Below are positions 1-10,787 of a stretch of DNA of 64,000 bases, in pieces. A model generated the notes under the pieces. It worked only from the letters and a program-made list of their open reading frames with translations, did not search any database and was not told the DNA's origin. Source of the stretch: Candidatus Zixiibacteriota bacterium (GTDB lineage: Bacteria > Zixibacteria > MSB-5A5 > UBA10806 > 4484-95); the NCBI GenBank assembly GCA_029932605.1, contig JAOZPT010000001.1, positions 57,059-121,058 of the forward strand. Reading direction: 5' to 3'. Within the stretch, counting starts at the first letter, position 1; each line of letters starts with the position of its first letter. A program made the translations under genes and the position numbers.

Positions 1-1188
1 GGTTGTGTTCATTCATCATTAGATCACCTCTATGCTATACTTGAACTTTGTCTAAAAGAAGGTTTGAAAAAAGTGTTTATCCATGCTTTTCTTGATGGTC
101 GAGATACTTCCCCATACGGAGGTGCCGATTATATCAACCAGCTAATCGGGAAATGTAAAGAGATAGGTATCGGCAAGCTAATGACGGTGATCGGTAGGTA
201 TTATGCCATGGATCGGGATAAGAGATGGCAGAGGACACAGGTGGCATATAACCTTATCTGTAAGGGTATCGGGGAAAAAACGGATGATTTTATAAAAACC
301 GTCAAACAGCACTATGACCGGCAAAACACTGATGAGTTTATGGAACCTTTAATATTCTCAGAAGCCTTAGGAGAAAATGGTCTTGTGCGTTCGGGTGAAG
401 GTGTTATTTTCTTTAATTTCCGTGCCGATCGTGCCCGTCAGTTATGCCATGCTATAACAGATGATAAGTTTGACAATTTTGTTCGCCGTCCGAAAGTTAT
501 CGTGAATCTTGTTTCTCTGACGCATTACGATGATACTTTAAGGGCGGAGGTGGCTTTTCCCCAGGTAAAATTGGAGAAGATATTACCGGAGGTCATTTCA
601 GAGGCTGGCCTAAAGCATTTGAAAATTGCTGAGACGGAAAAGTATCCTCATGTTACGTTCTTCTTTAATGGTGGCGTAGAGCGCACTCTTGAGGGTGAGG
701 ACAGGGTTTTAATCCCCTCGCCTAAAGTAGCTACATACGATCTGAAACCGGAGATGTCGGCACTGGAAGTCACCCAGGAGGTTTTAAAACGCATTGAATC
801 TGGCAAGTATGATGTAATCATACTTAACTTTGCCAACTGTGATATGGTTGGCCATACTGGTATATTTAAGGCGGCTATTAAGGCAGTTGAGGTAGTAGAT
901 AAGGGGTTGGGCGAGGTTGTTAACGCTGTTAGAGACGAAGGCGGTGTGGTGATGGTTACTGCCGACCATGGTAATGCCGAGGTTATGATGGGAAAAGATG
1001 GTAAGCCTTTTACTGCACATACGACCTCGCCGGTACCGTTTATTCTCGTAGATGATGAATACAATGGTCCACTTAGAAGCGGCGGGATTTTAGCCGACGT
1101 GGCTCCAACCATAATAGAATATCTGGGTTTAAAACAGCCATCAGTGATGACCGGGGGGTCGCTTATAGAGAAGGTTAAAGTATCTTAG
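1..1188 (+). CDS. gpmI: 2,3-bisphosphoglycerate-independent phosphoglycerate mutase (5'-truncated by the window)
   Basis: Frame is open from base 1 (GCVHSSLDHL...). Motifs LDGRDT, GRYYAMDRD, FNFRADRARQL, AETEKYPHVTFF, NCDMVGHTG, TADHGNAE and TAHT. Confidence 0.97.
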   Translation, partial: GCVHSSLDHLYAILELCLKEGLKKVFIHAFLDGRDTSPYGGADYINQLIGKCKEIGIGKLMTVIGRYYAMDRDKRWQRTQVAYNLICKGIGEKTDDFIKTVKQHYDRQNTDEFMEPLIFSEALGENGLVRSGEGVIFFNFRADRARQLCHAITDDKFDNFVRRPKVIVNLVSLTHYDDTLRAEVAFPQVKLEKILPEVISEAGLKHLKIAETEKYPHVTFFFNGGVERTLEGEDRVLIPSPKVATYDLKPEMSALEVTQEVLKRIESGKYDVIILNFANCDMVGHTGIFKAAIKAVEVVDKGLGEVVNAVRDEGGVVMVTADHGNAEVMMGKDGKPFTAHTTSPVPFILVDDEYNGPLRSGGILADVAPTIIEYLGLKQPSVMTGGSLIEKVKVS

Positions 1189-1199
1189 GGTTAGCCTGA

Positions 1200-2705
1200 G
1201 TGGTTATATCCCAAATAAAAAAAAAGGTCTTACTGGCAGCCATTTCTGCGCTACTTACAGTATTTGCCTTCCCTCCGTATAAAACCGGTTTTTTTATTTA
1301 TCTTTCTCCGCTTTTGTTACTATATGCTCTTGATGATATTTCATCTAAAACGTCTTTTGTTATTGGTTATATTTGGGGGCTTGTGTTCAATCTTGGCATT
1401 TTATACGGCGTATTCTGGGCGACCATTCCCGGAACATTTGGCATTCTTGCCATAATGTCTTTACTGCCGGCTATTATTTGCGCTATATACAAGTTCGTCT
1501 CCGCCAGGTCGAAAGTTTTAAGTTATATTATGTGGCCCTTGCTCTGGGTTGCCTGGGATTACCTTCGAACATTAACCCAGCTTAATTTCCCATGGGCGGA
1601 TTACGGTTACACTCATAGTTATTATCTTGCCATGATTCAAATTGCTGAGATATTTGGCGTCTATGGTATTTCACTGATGATACATATTGTCAATATCCTG
1701 TTATTTATATCGTTTAAATCAGATGTGATAGTTGTCAGGCGGCGGATTGCCTTTATAGTAGCGGTATTGTTGCCATGCGCATTTCTGGTTTATGGTTTAT
1801 TCCGTTTGCCAGGTGAAGCGGAGGATGGCACATTGAAAGTCGCCATAGCCCAGGGTAATGTTACTCGTGACATAAAATGGAAAAAGGGAGGAGTAGAGTA
1901 CAGCCTTAACCTATTTTCCCAGATGACTCGCCAAGCAGCGGGTAAAGGAGCTGATTTGGTTATCTGGCCTGAAACTGCTATCCCGTTTTATTTATTGCAT
2001 GAACCAAATAAATTAAACCGGGTAAAAAAGCTTGTGGATAGCGCTGATGTAAGATTGTTGACCGGCACTCCAGAGTATTATAAGGTTGGAAAAAACGAGT
2101 ATATTTATTTTAATGCTGCGGTTATGATTTCCCCCGCGGAAGATTCAATACCTGTTTATGAGAAGATGAAGCTGGTGCCGTTTAGCGAGCGGATACCTTT
2201 TTCCGAAAGGTTTAAGAAGCTGAGAGATATTCACCTTGGCCAGGCGGATTTTTCCCCGGGAAGGTATATGACGATTTTCTCATTTGACGATATTAAATAT
2301 GCAACCGTGATTTGTTTTGAGTCAGTTTTTCCCGGTTATTGTGCTGAATTTTGCCGGAAGGGAGCCCAGTTTTTGGTGGTTATCACGAATGACATGTGGT
2401 TTGGTCCATCATCGCTTCCATACCAACATGCTCAGATGTCGATCTATCGAGCAATAGAAAATCGTCTACCTCTGGTTAGATGTGCTAACACTGGGATATC
2501 GATGTTCGTTGATCGATGGGGGAGAGTTTACAATCGCACAAAGATGTTTGAGAGAAAGCTGATAATGGGTACTATCATACCTGAACAATCTACGAGTATC
2601 TATAACCGCGTGGGTGATTTTTTGCCAATTTGTTGTATATTTGGTAGTATTCTGGTAATTGCCGTTGTGGTTTTTATGAAGGGGAGATATGATGGGAAAT
2701 TTTAA
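1200..2705 (+). CDS. lnt: Apolipoprotein N-acyltransferase
   Basis: N-terminal multi-TM region, then a nitrilase-fold domain with QGN, WPE, KLVPFSE, ICFES, TNDMWFG and RAIENR...ANTGIS. Confidence 0.95.
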   Translation: MVISQIKKKVLLAAISALLTVFAFPPYKTGFFIYLSPLLLLYALDDISSKTSFVIGYIWGLVFNLGILYGVFWATIPGTFGILAIMSLLPAIICAIYKFVSARSKVLSYIMWPLLWVAWDYLRTLTQLNFPWADYGYTHSYYLAMIQIAEIFGVYGISLMIHIVNILLFISFKSDVIVVRRRIAFIVAVLLPCAFLVYGLFRLPGEAEDGTLKVAIAQGNVTRDIKWKKGGVEYSLNLFSQMTRQAAGKGADLVIWPETAIPFYLLHEPNKLNRVKKLVDSADVRLLTGTPEYYKVGKNEYIYFNAAVMISPAEDSIPVYEKMKLVPFSERIPFSERFKKLRDIHLGQADFSPGRYMTIFSFDDIKYATVICFESVFPGYCAEFCRKGAQFLVVITNDMWFGPSSLPYQHAQMSIYRAIENRLPLVRCANTGISMFVDRWGRVYNRTKMFERKLIMGTIIPEQSTSIYNRVGDFLPICCIFGSILVIAVVVFMKGRYDGKF

Positions 2706-4908
2706 GTATAATATGGTTTTGGCATTGATATTATTAAGTTTTTTATTAGGCTCTTCGCTTCTTTTTTCCGCTATTGGCGATTGGCAAAGTTTTACTTATT
2801 CTGATGATAGCAAAGATATCATAGCCGATAGTCAATTTGTATGGTGTGCTACTACCGGAGGTTTGATAAGGTGTGATATCGAGACTGGGGAGCTTAAGAA
2901 GTTTCTGAACTCCGATGGTTTGGGTGATATTGAACTCTGGTCGGTTGAAATAGATACTGCTGGTGCCTTATTTGCCGGAGGCAGTAATGGGACGATTACT
3001 AAGATTGCAACCGATGGAGAGATAACCGTTTATGATTTTGAATACGACCCGGAGGTCCATTATGGCATTTTGGATATGGTCACTGATGGAGAAAAGTTAT
3101 GGGTGGCTACCGAGGTCTGTGTGGCTGAATTTCTTATATATCACTATGGAGGAGAGTTCAGAGATAAAGCGGTTCAGCTTGGTGAAATTCCACGGGGCAT
3201 TCCCGTTAATACTGTTCAGATTGTTGGTGATTATTTATGGGCTGGTACTGACAGCGGTGTAGCCTTTATCGACAAAGATAACTATCTTCCTCAAGACCCG
3301 CAGAACTGGCGTTCCTATCGTCTTGATGAAAATGGTTTGACCGATGCCAGTATACATTCAATAACTTCTGTTGCGGATACCGTATTCATTGGCACAGGTG
3401 ATGGTGTGTTTATGTTCGGGCAGGATTCAGTCTGGTATAATATTGGTCCCATTTCTGGGGTGATTTATGCTCTGGAAAATTTCGGTGAAGAGCTCTATGC
3501 TGCAACCAACAACGGTATTTACCATCGTTACTTATCGGGTTGGGAGCTTTTACCCAATGATGGATTATTGAGTATCCAAGCTCGAGGGCTGGCTAAGGAT
3601 AACCGAGGAGATATCTGGGCAGCTTTTCATCAGGGTGGGTTTTCTATGTATAACCAAACATCCTGGGATGTTTTTACTGTTCCGGGACCGGCGACAAACT
3701 TCATAATTGATATAGCCATCGACTCATCGAGAAATGTCTGGTTAGCTCATACCGTACCTGGTTATCTCTGTCTTGAGGGTGTTTCCAAATTTGATGGTTC
3801 AAATTGGTATATATATAATAGTTCAAATTCGGGAATCGGCAATAATGGAGCTGTTGCAGTTGAATACGATGTTTTCCATGACCTTGTCTGGTTTGGTAGC
3901 TGGGGTGATGGTCTCTTCGGCTTTGACGGTGACACGCTTTGGGTAAATTACGATGAGACCAATAGTCCTTACAGGGGCTTGGTTGATGATACTTTTTATG
4001 TTGCCATCCCCGATATAGCTATTGATGAGCGAGGAAATATCTGGGGATTAAATCTCAAGGCGGCAAATCCTGAAGTTGTTATGGCCGTGTTTGACCCTGA
4101 TGATTCTGTTTGGCTGGCTTATTATGAGAATCCTCAAGAGCAAATCCACAGGAATTATCAATTTGTAATGCATATAAATGATAATAATGTTTATGTTGGC
4201 GGTGAGTATGTATACCGTCTGGATTTTGGATATAATTCTACTGATACTACTGATGACGAGTGGTTTGATGCGTTGGTTAAGATTGTCGATGTCTCGGCTT
4301 TGGCTTTTGATCAATCGGGGAGACTTTTTGTTGGTAGCGCCTCCGGTTTGATTTACTACGATTTCTTATTTGGCGATACTTTTACGGTAGAGCTTCCCGA
4401 TGGTTACCGTAGTTCGGTTAATACGATAGAAATCGATGGACTGGGTAACAAATGGATTGGCACCGATTCGGGGATTGTGGTATTAGCGAAAAATAATATA
4501 GCCTGGATAGATAGCTTCAAAACCTCAAATTCTTACCTTTTAGAAAATGAGGTTCAGGAGATAGAAATCGACAAAACGACCGGCATTGTTTATGTTGGCA
4601 CATCAAGGGGGCTTTCGATCTATGAATCGGGTTATGCTGCGGCATCGCCTGATTTGGAGGATATGGATGTTTATCCAAATCCCGTAAAACCAGATGATAA
4701 CAGAGTTAATTTTTTGCGTGTGCCTGCAGATGCCGAAATATTTATCTACACCACCGCCGGTGAATTAGTCAGGAGGTTTAAATATGAGAACACGAACTAC
4801 TGGGATTTACTCAACGAGGGGAGACAAAAAGTTGCAGCCGGTATATACATTTTTTATGTTCGGTCTGGCCAACGATCGGGAACCGGCAAGATTGCTGTAA
4901 TAAGATAA
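2689..4908 (+). CDS. PorZ-like secreted beta-propeller protein with C-terminal T9SS/FlgD-like sorting domain
   Basis: Signal peptide, then IGDWQSFT. Repeated two-component-propeller blades (IAID..NVW, IEIDGLGNKWIGT). C-terminal VYPNP...IYTTAGELVR...W...AAGIYIF...KIAVIR. Confidence 0.75.
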   Translation: MMGNFKYNMVLALILLSFLLGSSLLFSAIGDWQSFTYSDDSKDIIADSQFVWCATTGGLIRCDIETGELKKFLNSDGLGDIELWSVEIDTAGALFAGGSNGTITKIATDGEITVYDFEYDPEVHYGILDMVTDGEKLWVATEVCVAEFLIYHYGGEFRDKAVQLGEIPRGIPVNTVQIVGDYLWAGTDSGVAFIDKDNYLPQDPQNWRSYRLDENGLTDASIHSITSVADTVFIGTGDGVFMFGQDSVWYNIGPISGVIYALENFGEELYAATNNGIYHRYLSGWELLPNDGLLSIQARGLAKDNRGDIWAAFHQGGFSMYNQTSWDVFTVPGPATNFIIDIAIDSSRNVWLAHTVPGYLCLEGVSKFDGSNWYIYNSSNSGIGNNGAVAVEYDVFHDLVWFGSWGDGLFGFDGDTLWVNYDETNSPYRGLVDDTFYVAIPDIAIDERGNIWGLNLKAANPEVVMAVFDPDDSVWLAYYENPQEQIHRNYQFVMHINDNNVYVGGEYVYRLDFGYNSTDTTDDEWFDALVKIVDVSALAFDQSGRLFVGSASGLIYYDFLFGDTFTVELPDGYRSSVNTIEIDGLGNKWIGTDSGIVVLAKNNIAWIDSFKTSNSYLLENEVQEIEIDKTTGIVYVGTSRGLSIYESGYAAASPDLEDMDVYPNPVKPDDNRVNFLRVPADAEIFIYTTAGELVRRFKYENTNYWDLLNEGRQKVAAGIYIFYVRSGQRSGTGKIAVIR

Positions 4909-4910
4909 TT

Positions 4911-5873
4911 TTGCCAGAGCTTGAGATAATAAAAGCGGATAAGACCCAATATCGAAACTGGGTTACTTCGGAACAACTTGATTTTTCAGGCTCGATATTT
5001 TATCACCCCGATTTTCTGGAGGTCGCCGCTGATATTTTAAACCTGCAGTTTAAACCGCTTATTTGCCTGTCATCGGGGAAGTTAACTGGTATCGTAAACC
5101 TCCTTATCGGCAACAGATTTAATGTCAAAACCGCTCTGATACCAAGGCTTTTCCAATATTATGGACCTGTGGCTATTGCCGGTAATACCGACGTCTTTGA
5201 ATACGTAACAAAAACAATCGAGAATGAAATTGACACGGCTGTTTTTTCTATCAGGCCGGAGGAAAGTTTAAAGCCTGATTTGTGCGGTTGGCATTTAAAA
5301 AATCGACTGACCTATTATCTTAGACCGGATACATTTGAAAATATGAAAAGCGATTGTTTTCCTGATGTAAAAAATAAAATCAATAAGGCTGTAAAGGTTG
5401 GAATCAAGGTTGAGAACATCTCGCAATTTCCATATGAAATTTATCAGGCAAGCTTCAAAAGACAAAGAGCCACACCCCCTCTTGGAAAAGAGCTTTTGTC
5501 AGTTTGGGTGGAGCGTTTAACGAATTTGAATCTGGCCGCAACTTTTATCGCTGTCTTTGAGGGCAAACCAGTGTCCTTCAGGACCCAGCTTGTTTGGGGT
5601 GGTTATGCTTATGATTGGTTGGCGGGAGCTTATCCTGATTATAATCATCTCGGTGTAAATCAACTTCTAATTTTGAAAATCGGTGAACAGTTTTATCGCA
5701 AAAGTGTTAAAAATTGGGACCTGCTTGGTGGAGATATTAAATCGATAGCTGGTTTTAAAAGATCTTTTGGCTCAATCCCCAAAACACATGTTCAGCTTGA
5801 AAAAAATTTCAGTATGAAAGGCAGAATTTACCGCTTGTTGATGAGGTTGAAAGCGGGTTTGAGACGTTTTTAG
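4911..5873 (+). CDS. GNAT/FemAB-like acyltransferase (Acetyltransf_6-like)
   Basis: IFYHPDFL N-terminus, QYYGP, KINKAVK and the C-terminal AYDWLAG...WDLLGG...IAGFKRSFG pattern. TTG start. Confidence 0.75.
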   Translation: MPELEIIKADKTQYRNWVTSEQLDFSGSIFYHPDFLEVAADILNLQFKPLICLSSGKLTGIVNLLIGNRFNVKTALIPRLFQYYGPVAIAGNTDVFEYVTKTIENEIDTAVFSIRPEESLKPDLCGWHLKNRLTYYLRPDTFENMKSDCFPDVKNKINKAVKVGIKVENISQFPYEIYQASFKRQRATPPLGKELLSVWVERLTNLNLAATFIAVFEGKPVSFRTQLVWGGYAYDWLAGAYPDYNHLGVNQLLILKIGEQFYRKSVKNWDLLGGDIKSIAGFKRSFGSIPKTHVQLEKNFSMKGRIYRLLMRLKAGLRRF

Positions 5874-5877
5874 TTTT

Positions 5878-7254
5878 ATGTTTAAGCTGACCTGCAGTTT
5901 TTATTGCCCACCTCGGGCTGAAAAGATAGCAATATACATGCTCAATTTGATTGCTTCAGTAACTGGCATTCGTTTTCGGCGAGTTAACGGTCAGGCTGAT
6001 ATCGTTTATGGTGGGGTATCTAATAGTAATTCTTTTTATATACCGTATAGGGAAACGGATAAAAGATTCGTCCATGGTGATATCGACAGCTGGTATCTAC
6101 ACGAGGATGGTGAGCTTAGGATTGCGTTGCCGAAGAGTATTAAAAAGATAAATATCCATAATAATGAAATTGATTTTGATATTTTTTCGGTGATGTTCAA
6201 TTTTTTACAGACAGCACTTTCTGTTCATAACAAACATTTAGAATTTTTTCGGAAGTTCAAAAATGACGACATATTTATTCCGCCTGTTTTTGATGATTAC
6301 ATCAGTTATTTTTTGCAGGTTTTAAAATCATGCCAGAAACTTCCCAATGATTTTAAGAGAAAATCACCCTGGCCAGAGGAGGCCGATTTTGCTCTGGGTA
6401 TAAGCCATGATATCGATATTTTTAAAAGAAAGATTCCCGGAAGCGTGGCCATGTTGATGAAATCCTTGTTCTCAAATGAAGTCCCTGGAGGAGTAAGGGG
6501 TTCATTGAAAGGCCTTTTTAAATCTGTATCAACAGCTTTGACAGGCGAGACAAATCCCTATAGTGCAATTGAAAAATGGTTTGATATTGAGAGTGAAAAT
6601 ACATTTTTTATTCATGCCGGGGTTAGGAGGTCGGTTGAGGACCCGACCTATGCTCCTGAGGATATCCGGAGAGTTCTGGTGGGATTAGGTATGGACGGTA
6701 TTGAGATCGGGTTACACAACAGCATTGGTTCCTGGACAGATAAAGAAGATTTAAAAGAGCAAAAAGATAGGCTGATGAATATTTTCAATACAGAGATAGA
6801 GGGGATCCGCCCTCACTATCTTGATTGTCGGTATCCGGATTATTGGAGAAACGCTGAGTCATTTAAGTATTCGTCATCGGTTGGTTCGGATGCCATTGCT
6901 GGTTTTACCTGCGGTATCAATTTTCCATTTTTTGGTTTCGATTTTGATACTGCCAATGTTTTGGATATTCTTGAGATACCCATCGGATTGATGGATTGTG
7001 CCCTTTTTTCGATATGTGAGAAAACTTCAAAAGAGAAGACCATAGACAAGCTTATAGATATCTGTGTTTCAAACCATGGGTTGCTGGTTTTAGACTGGCA
7101 TACAAGGACTGTGTATGAGCCTGATTTTCCCGGCTGGTTTGATACTTATTGTATGATACTTAAAAAAGCTAAATCGGCAGGTGCGTTTATCGCCCCACTG
7201 GGCAAGATAAGCAGCTATTGGAAAAACCATTGCACATCGTTTTTTTTATCTTAA
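5878..7254 (+). CDS. Polysaccharide deacetylase-like protein (NodB-like barrel with N-terminal extension)
   Basis: SHDID, EIGLH, GIRPHYL, GF.CG..FPF, EIPIGLMD and LDWH motifs, typical of deacetylase-like proteins in glycan clusters. Confidence 0.75.
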   Translation: MFKLTCSFYCPPRAEKIAIYMLNLIASVTGIRFRRVNGQADIVYGGVSNSNSFYIPYRETDKRFVHGDIDSWYLHEDGELRIALPKSIKKINIHNNEIDFDIFSVMFNFLQTALSVHNKHLEFFRKFKNDDIFIPPVFDDYISYFLQVLKSCQKLPNDFKRKSPWPEEADFALGISHDIDIFKRKIPGSVAMLMKSLFSNEVPGGVRGSLKGLFKSVSTALTGETNPYSAIEKWFDIESENTFFIHAGVRRSVEDPTYAPEDIRRVLVGLGMDGIEIGLHNSIGSWTDKEDLKEQKDRLMNIFNTEIEGIRPHYLDCRYPDYWRNAESFKYSSSVGSDAIAGFTCGINFPFFGFDFDTANVLDILEIPIGLMDCALFSICEKTSKEKTIDKLIDICVSNHGLLVLDWHTRTVYEPDFPGWFDTYCMILKKAKSAGAFIAPLGKISSYWKNHCTSFFLS

Positions 7255-8333
7255 ATCCATTTGATTATGATTCGCGGGCGCAGTTGATTTGCCATGACAT
7301 ACTATCCTCAGGCTGGCGTCTTGATATAATCGCTACAATCGGTGGCAAGATTCCATCGTTTGGGAATGCTGATATCCATCGATTGCCCCAGCCGGTCTGG
7401 CCGACAAGGAAAAGGCGGTTTATTGAATACAACATTAGGGCGACCTCATTGGCAAAGAGATTAAGAGCTGACATTTACCATGCGGTTGACCTTGATACCC
7501 TGTGGGCGGCGGTTAATGCGGCAAGGGCTGTGGGGGGAAAAGTGGTTTATGAATCGCGTGAGTTATATACCGAGCTTATGTCCTTATCTGGAAGGCCTAT
7601 CGTTAGAGCGTTCTGGAGCATTCTTGAGAAAAAGTTAATCCGGAAGGTCGATGTTGTGGTGACGGTAAATCAGGCTATCGCCGAGGAGATGACGAAACGT
7701 TATAGAATAAATCCACCGGAGATTGTAATGAATGTGGCTCGATCAGGGGAATCCATCGAACCAATTGACCTTCGTAAAGAGTTTAACCTTCAAAGTAAAT
7801 TCGTATTGATTTTCCAGGGAATTTTACGGCCGGGGCAGGGAATACTCAGAGCTATCGAGTTGATAGTATATCTTCCTGAGGTTAGCCTTGTGTTTATAGG
7901 GGATGGTCCGTTAAGGGATACTATCGAAAAAAGGGCAAATGATCTTGGTATCAGTAACCGTGTGCGGATTGCTGGAAAGATTGAACCCGGTCGGTTGGCA
8001 CATTATACCAGTGGTGCCGATGCCGGTTTGATTTTGATAGAACCGGTAGCATTGAACAATCGTCTGGCTCTACCTCAAAAGCTTTTCCAGTATATCTCTG
8101 CTGAAACGCCGCCCATAGTCTCCGACCTTCCCATGTTGCGGCAGATAGTGCAGGAAGATAAATTGGGCTTGGTGTTGAAAGATGGTTTACCTAAAGAAAG
8201 TGCCGAGGCCGTACGTGATTTTTTGAACAACGGGCTTGAAATGGCTATCGGCCAGTGCCGTATAGCAAAAAGGAAGTATTGCTGGGAAATCGAGGGCAAG
8301 AAGTTTATTAACTTGTACAGGAATCTCGTTTGA
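7218..8333 (+). CDS. Glycosyltransferase family 4 (GT-B)
   Basis: DSR, ADIYHAVDLDTL, VVYESRELY, FIGDGPLR and LPQKLFQY...P.IVSD motifs. Confidence 0.9.
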   Translation: MEKPLHIVFFILNPFDYDSRAQLICHDILSSGWRLDIIATIGGKIPSFGNADIHRLPQPVWPTRKRRFIEYNIRATSLAKRLRADIYHAVDLDTLWAAVNAARAVGGKVVYESRELYTELMSLSGRPIVRAFWSILEKKLIRKVDVVVTVNQAIAEEMTKRYRINPPEIVMNVARSGESIEPIDLRKEFNLQSKFVLIFQGILRPGQGILRAIELIVYLPEVSLVFIGDGPLRDTIEKRANDLGISNRVRIAGKIEPGRLAHYTSGADAGLILIEPVALNNRLALPQKLFQYISAETPPIVSDLPMLRQIVQEDKLGLVLKDGLPKESAEAVRDFLNNGLEMAIGQCRIAKRKYCWEIEGKKFINLYRNLV

Positions 8334-9259
8334 TGATTGAAACGAGTATAATAATACCCGTTAGAAACCAGAAAAAGTCGTTGCTTATGACATTAAAAAC
8401 TCTTAAGCGGCAGATTAGAAATCTGAAGATTTTCGAGGTCATAATTTGTGATGATGGTTCCACTGATGGTACAGAAGAGGAGGTAAAAAAGCTTCGTTAT
8501 CCGATATTTTTAAAATATTTCAGGAATGCCCCACCGCTGGGCAGAGCGGTTAATCGCAATTTGGGATATGAACGTTCAAGCGGACAAAACCTTATATTTC
8601 TCGATGGTGATATGGTGCCGACCGAAGGATATATCGAGGCTATGCTTACAGCCACATCCACTGATATAGTAAAACTTGGTAATGTTAAACACCCACCTGC
8701 AGAACAAACAGGTCGTTTGGAAAAATACCTTTATTCACGAGGCCGTTTTGGCTCTCGATATAAAAACACCCCTCTTCCAGGAAGGCTATTTACTAGCAAT
8801 AACTTCTTTATAAGCAAACGAAATTTTACTAGGGTTGGTGGATTTGACCCGAATTTCAAAAGCTGGGGTGGTGAGGATATCGATTTTGGCTTGAGGCTTG
8901 AAGATTTAGAAATTCCCATAAGAATCGAGCCGGCAGCTTTAACTTACCATTACCATAAACGCACTGTTGAATCGTTGATGAAGGATTTTTACAGTTTTGG
9001 AAAAAACTCTTTCGAATACCTGATTAAAAAACATCCCGCCTTTTTAGAACAATTGCCAGCTCATTTCCTTGGATTAAAAAATGCTCACCTGATATATAAA
9101 TTAATCTCTAAGCTTACCGTTAACAAAACCGCTCTTGGCATTGTTAGCAAAACCGTATCGTCCTTTGAAAAATTTAACTGGCCAGATTTCATATTTGATT
9201 ATTTATTCTGGGGAAACCTTGTATTGGGTTATAGAAAAAGTGAGAAGTCGATTGGATAA
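8330..9259 (+). CDS. Glycosyltransferase family 2 (GT-A)
   Basis: SIIIPVRN, DDGSTDGT, NRNLG, FLDGD and GGFD..F..WGGEDIDFG. Alternative ATG start at 8333. Confidence 0.92.
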   Translation: MMIETSIIIPVRNQKKSLLMTLKTLKRQIRNLKIFEVIICDDGSTDGTEEEVKKLRYPIFLKYFRNAPPLGRAVNRNLGYERSSGQNLIFLDGDMVPTEGYIEAMLTATSTDIVKLGNVKHPPAEQTGRLEKYLYSRGRFGSRYKNTPLPGRLFTSNNFFISKRNFTRVGGFDPNFKSWGGEDIDFGLRLEDLEIPIRIEPAALTYHYHKRTVESLMKDFYSFGKNSFEYLIKKHPAFLEQLPAHFLGLKNAHLIYKLISKLTVNKTALGIVSKTVSSFEKFNWPDFIFDYLFWGNLVLGYRKSEKSIG

Positions 9260-10787
9260 AAAAGCGATTGTTTTAATCGTTTTGGTAATGGTAATAGCTG
9301 TGGTTTACTGTCTTCTGTTGTTTGGTGGATATTCGGGTACAAGCGATACCTGTGATTACGGAGGGCTGGCATTAAATCTTATTTCAGGAAAGGGATTTAC
9401 TGTCAACCATGTTTTACCATTGTCGCTGGTTTTTATTCCCAATGTTCCTCAGCCGAACTGTACCTGGGCACCCGGGTATCCAGTTTTTCTGGCAGGGGTG
9501 TTTACGGTTTTAGGCGTTTCGGATTATTCAATTTTAGGAGCAAACCTGTTTTTGTTTCTGATGGTGATTATCTCGGGTTATTTTTTAACTAAAAAATATG
9601 TTAATTATGAGGCCGCTCTGATTTTCGTGCTTTTTATGGGTTTGAATCAGTACTCTTATTATACAATCCTTTATGGTTCGCCTGAGATGCTGGCGGCCGC
9701 TTTGTTAACTTTTTCACTTCTTTTGTGGGGTGATAATTACAGACGGGTGATCATAGCGGGTCTTTTTTACGGACTGGCGGTTCTTACACGTTACCAGATG
9801 GTAATTTTGTTGCCGGTATATCTCGTGTTTTTTAAAAAGATAAACAAAAAATACATCGTTTTTATTGCGGTAGTTGTTATTGTATGTGCTGGCTGGCTGG
9901 TGCGTAATATTGTTCTTTTTGGTGACCCCTTGTTTTGCCTGCAACGTTATGGGGAGTTTACCAAGGGGATGGGTATCGGGGATGATTTTTACTACACGTA
10001 TCGTTCACTTGAACCTGCCGGGTTTTTTTATGTGATATCTACATATCCGTTGCTGTTTTTGCGCAAACTGGCGGTTGGTGTAACGTATTTTTTAAGAACG
10101 CTTCCAGAACACCTTAATTCTTTTGGCCTGTTTCTTGTTTTCTGGGCGATAATTTATCGGGAAAAGTTAGCTACTTTGAATTCTAATAAATCTCGAATGG
10201 GAGTTAATCTCTGGCGACCGGCAGTTAGGTTTTTGATTATAGGTGTTGCATTAACTGTTATTATATGCCTGTTCGATGGCCAGCATCATCGGCACCTTTA
10301 CATATTCAACCCTCTTATGATTATGATATCATCCGCTGGTTTTAACGATTTCGCTTTGAGAACGGGTATTATGAAAAAAAGGTTCTACTATCTCGTTTTG
10401 CTTTTATTTTTCTTGATACCCTTACAATTTCCCCAGCAGGAGGTTTGGTTGAGAGATCTCAAGGTTAGGATTAAAGCCGAGATTCCTGTTTATAGAGAGG
10501 TGGCTATAAATTTATCCTGCTATGGCCCGGTTGCTTCTGATGCCAGCGATGCCTTGTGGTGGTATAGCGGTCTGAATACCGTCTGGATGCCAACTAACTA
10601 TGAGACGTTTGTGAAAGTCGATTCGCTGATAGACATAAAGGCTGTTTATTTTCAAAAGGACGATTGGCTGAAAAAACTTGACAAAGAGGAAAGACGAAAG
10701 TTTATGATTTCCTTTCCAGAAATAAGGCGTTTCAATGATGGCTCTGTATTATATATCAAGAGCTTGGTTGACGGAAGATTAGAGTGA
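9252..10787 (+). CDS. GT-C-type (ArnT/PMT-like) polytopic membrane glycosyltransferase
   Basis: TM1, then D..DY..LA.NL..G.G and APGYPVFLA, many TM segments, GLAVLTRY and W.VRN...FGDP. Start moved from 9135 to the TTG at 9252, which overlaps the GT2 stop. Confidence 0.75.
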   Translation: MDKKAIVLIVLVMVIAVVYCLLLFGGYSGTSDTCDYGGLALNLISGKGFTVNHVLPLSLVFIPNVPQPNCTWAPGYPVFLAGVFTVLGVSDYSILGANLFLFLMVIISGYFLTKKYVNYEAALIFVLFMGLNQYSYYTILYGSPEMLAAALLTFSLLLWGDNYRRVIIAGLFYGLAVLTRYQMVILLPVYLVFFKKINKKYIVFIAVVVIVCAGWLVRNIVLFGDPLFCLQRYGEFTKGMGIGDDFYYTYRSLEPAGFFYVISTYPLLFLRKLAVGVTYFLRTLPEHLNSFGLFLVFWAIIYREKLATLNSNKSRMGVNLWRPAVRFLIIGVALTVIICLFDGQHHRHLYIFNPLMIMISSAGFNDFALRTGIMKKRFYYLVLLLFFLIPLQFPQQEVWLRDLKVRIKAEIPVYREVAINLSCYGPVASDASDALWWYSGLNTVWMPTNYETFVKVDSLIDIKAVYFQKDDWLKKLDKEERRKFMISFPEIRRFNDGSVLYIKSLVDGRLE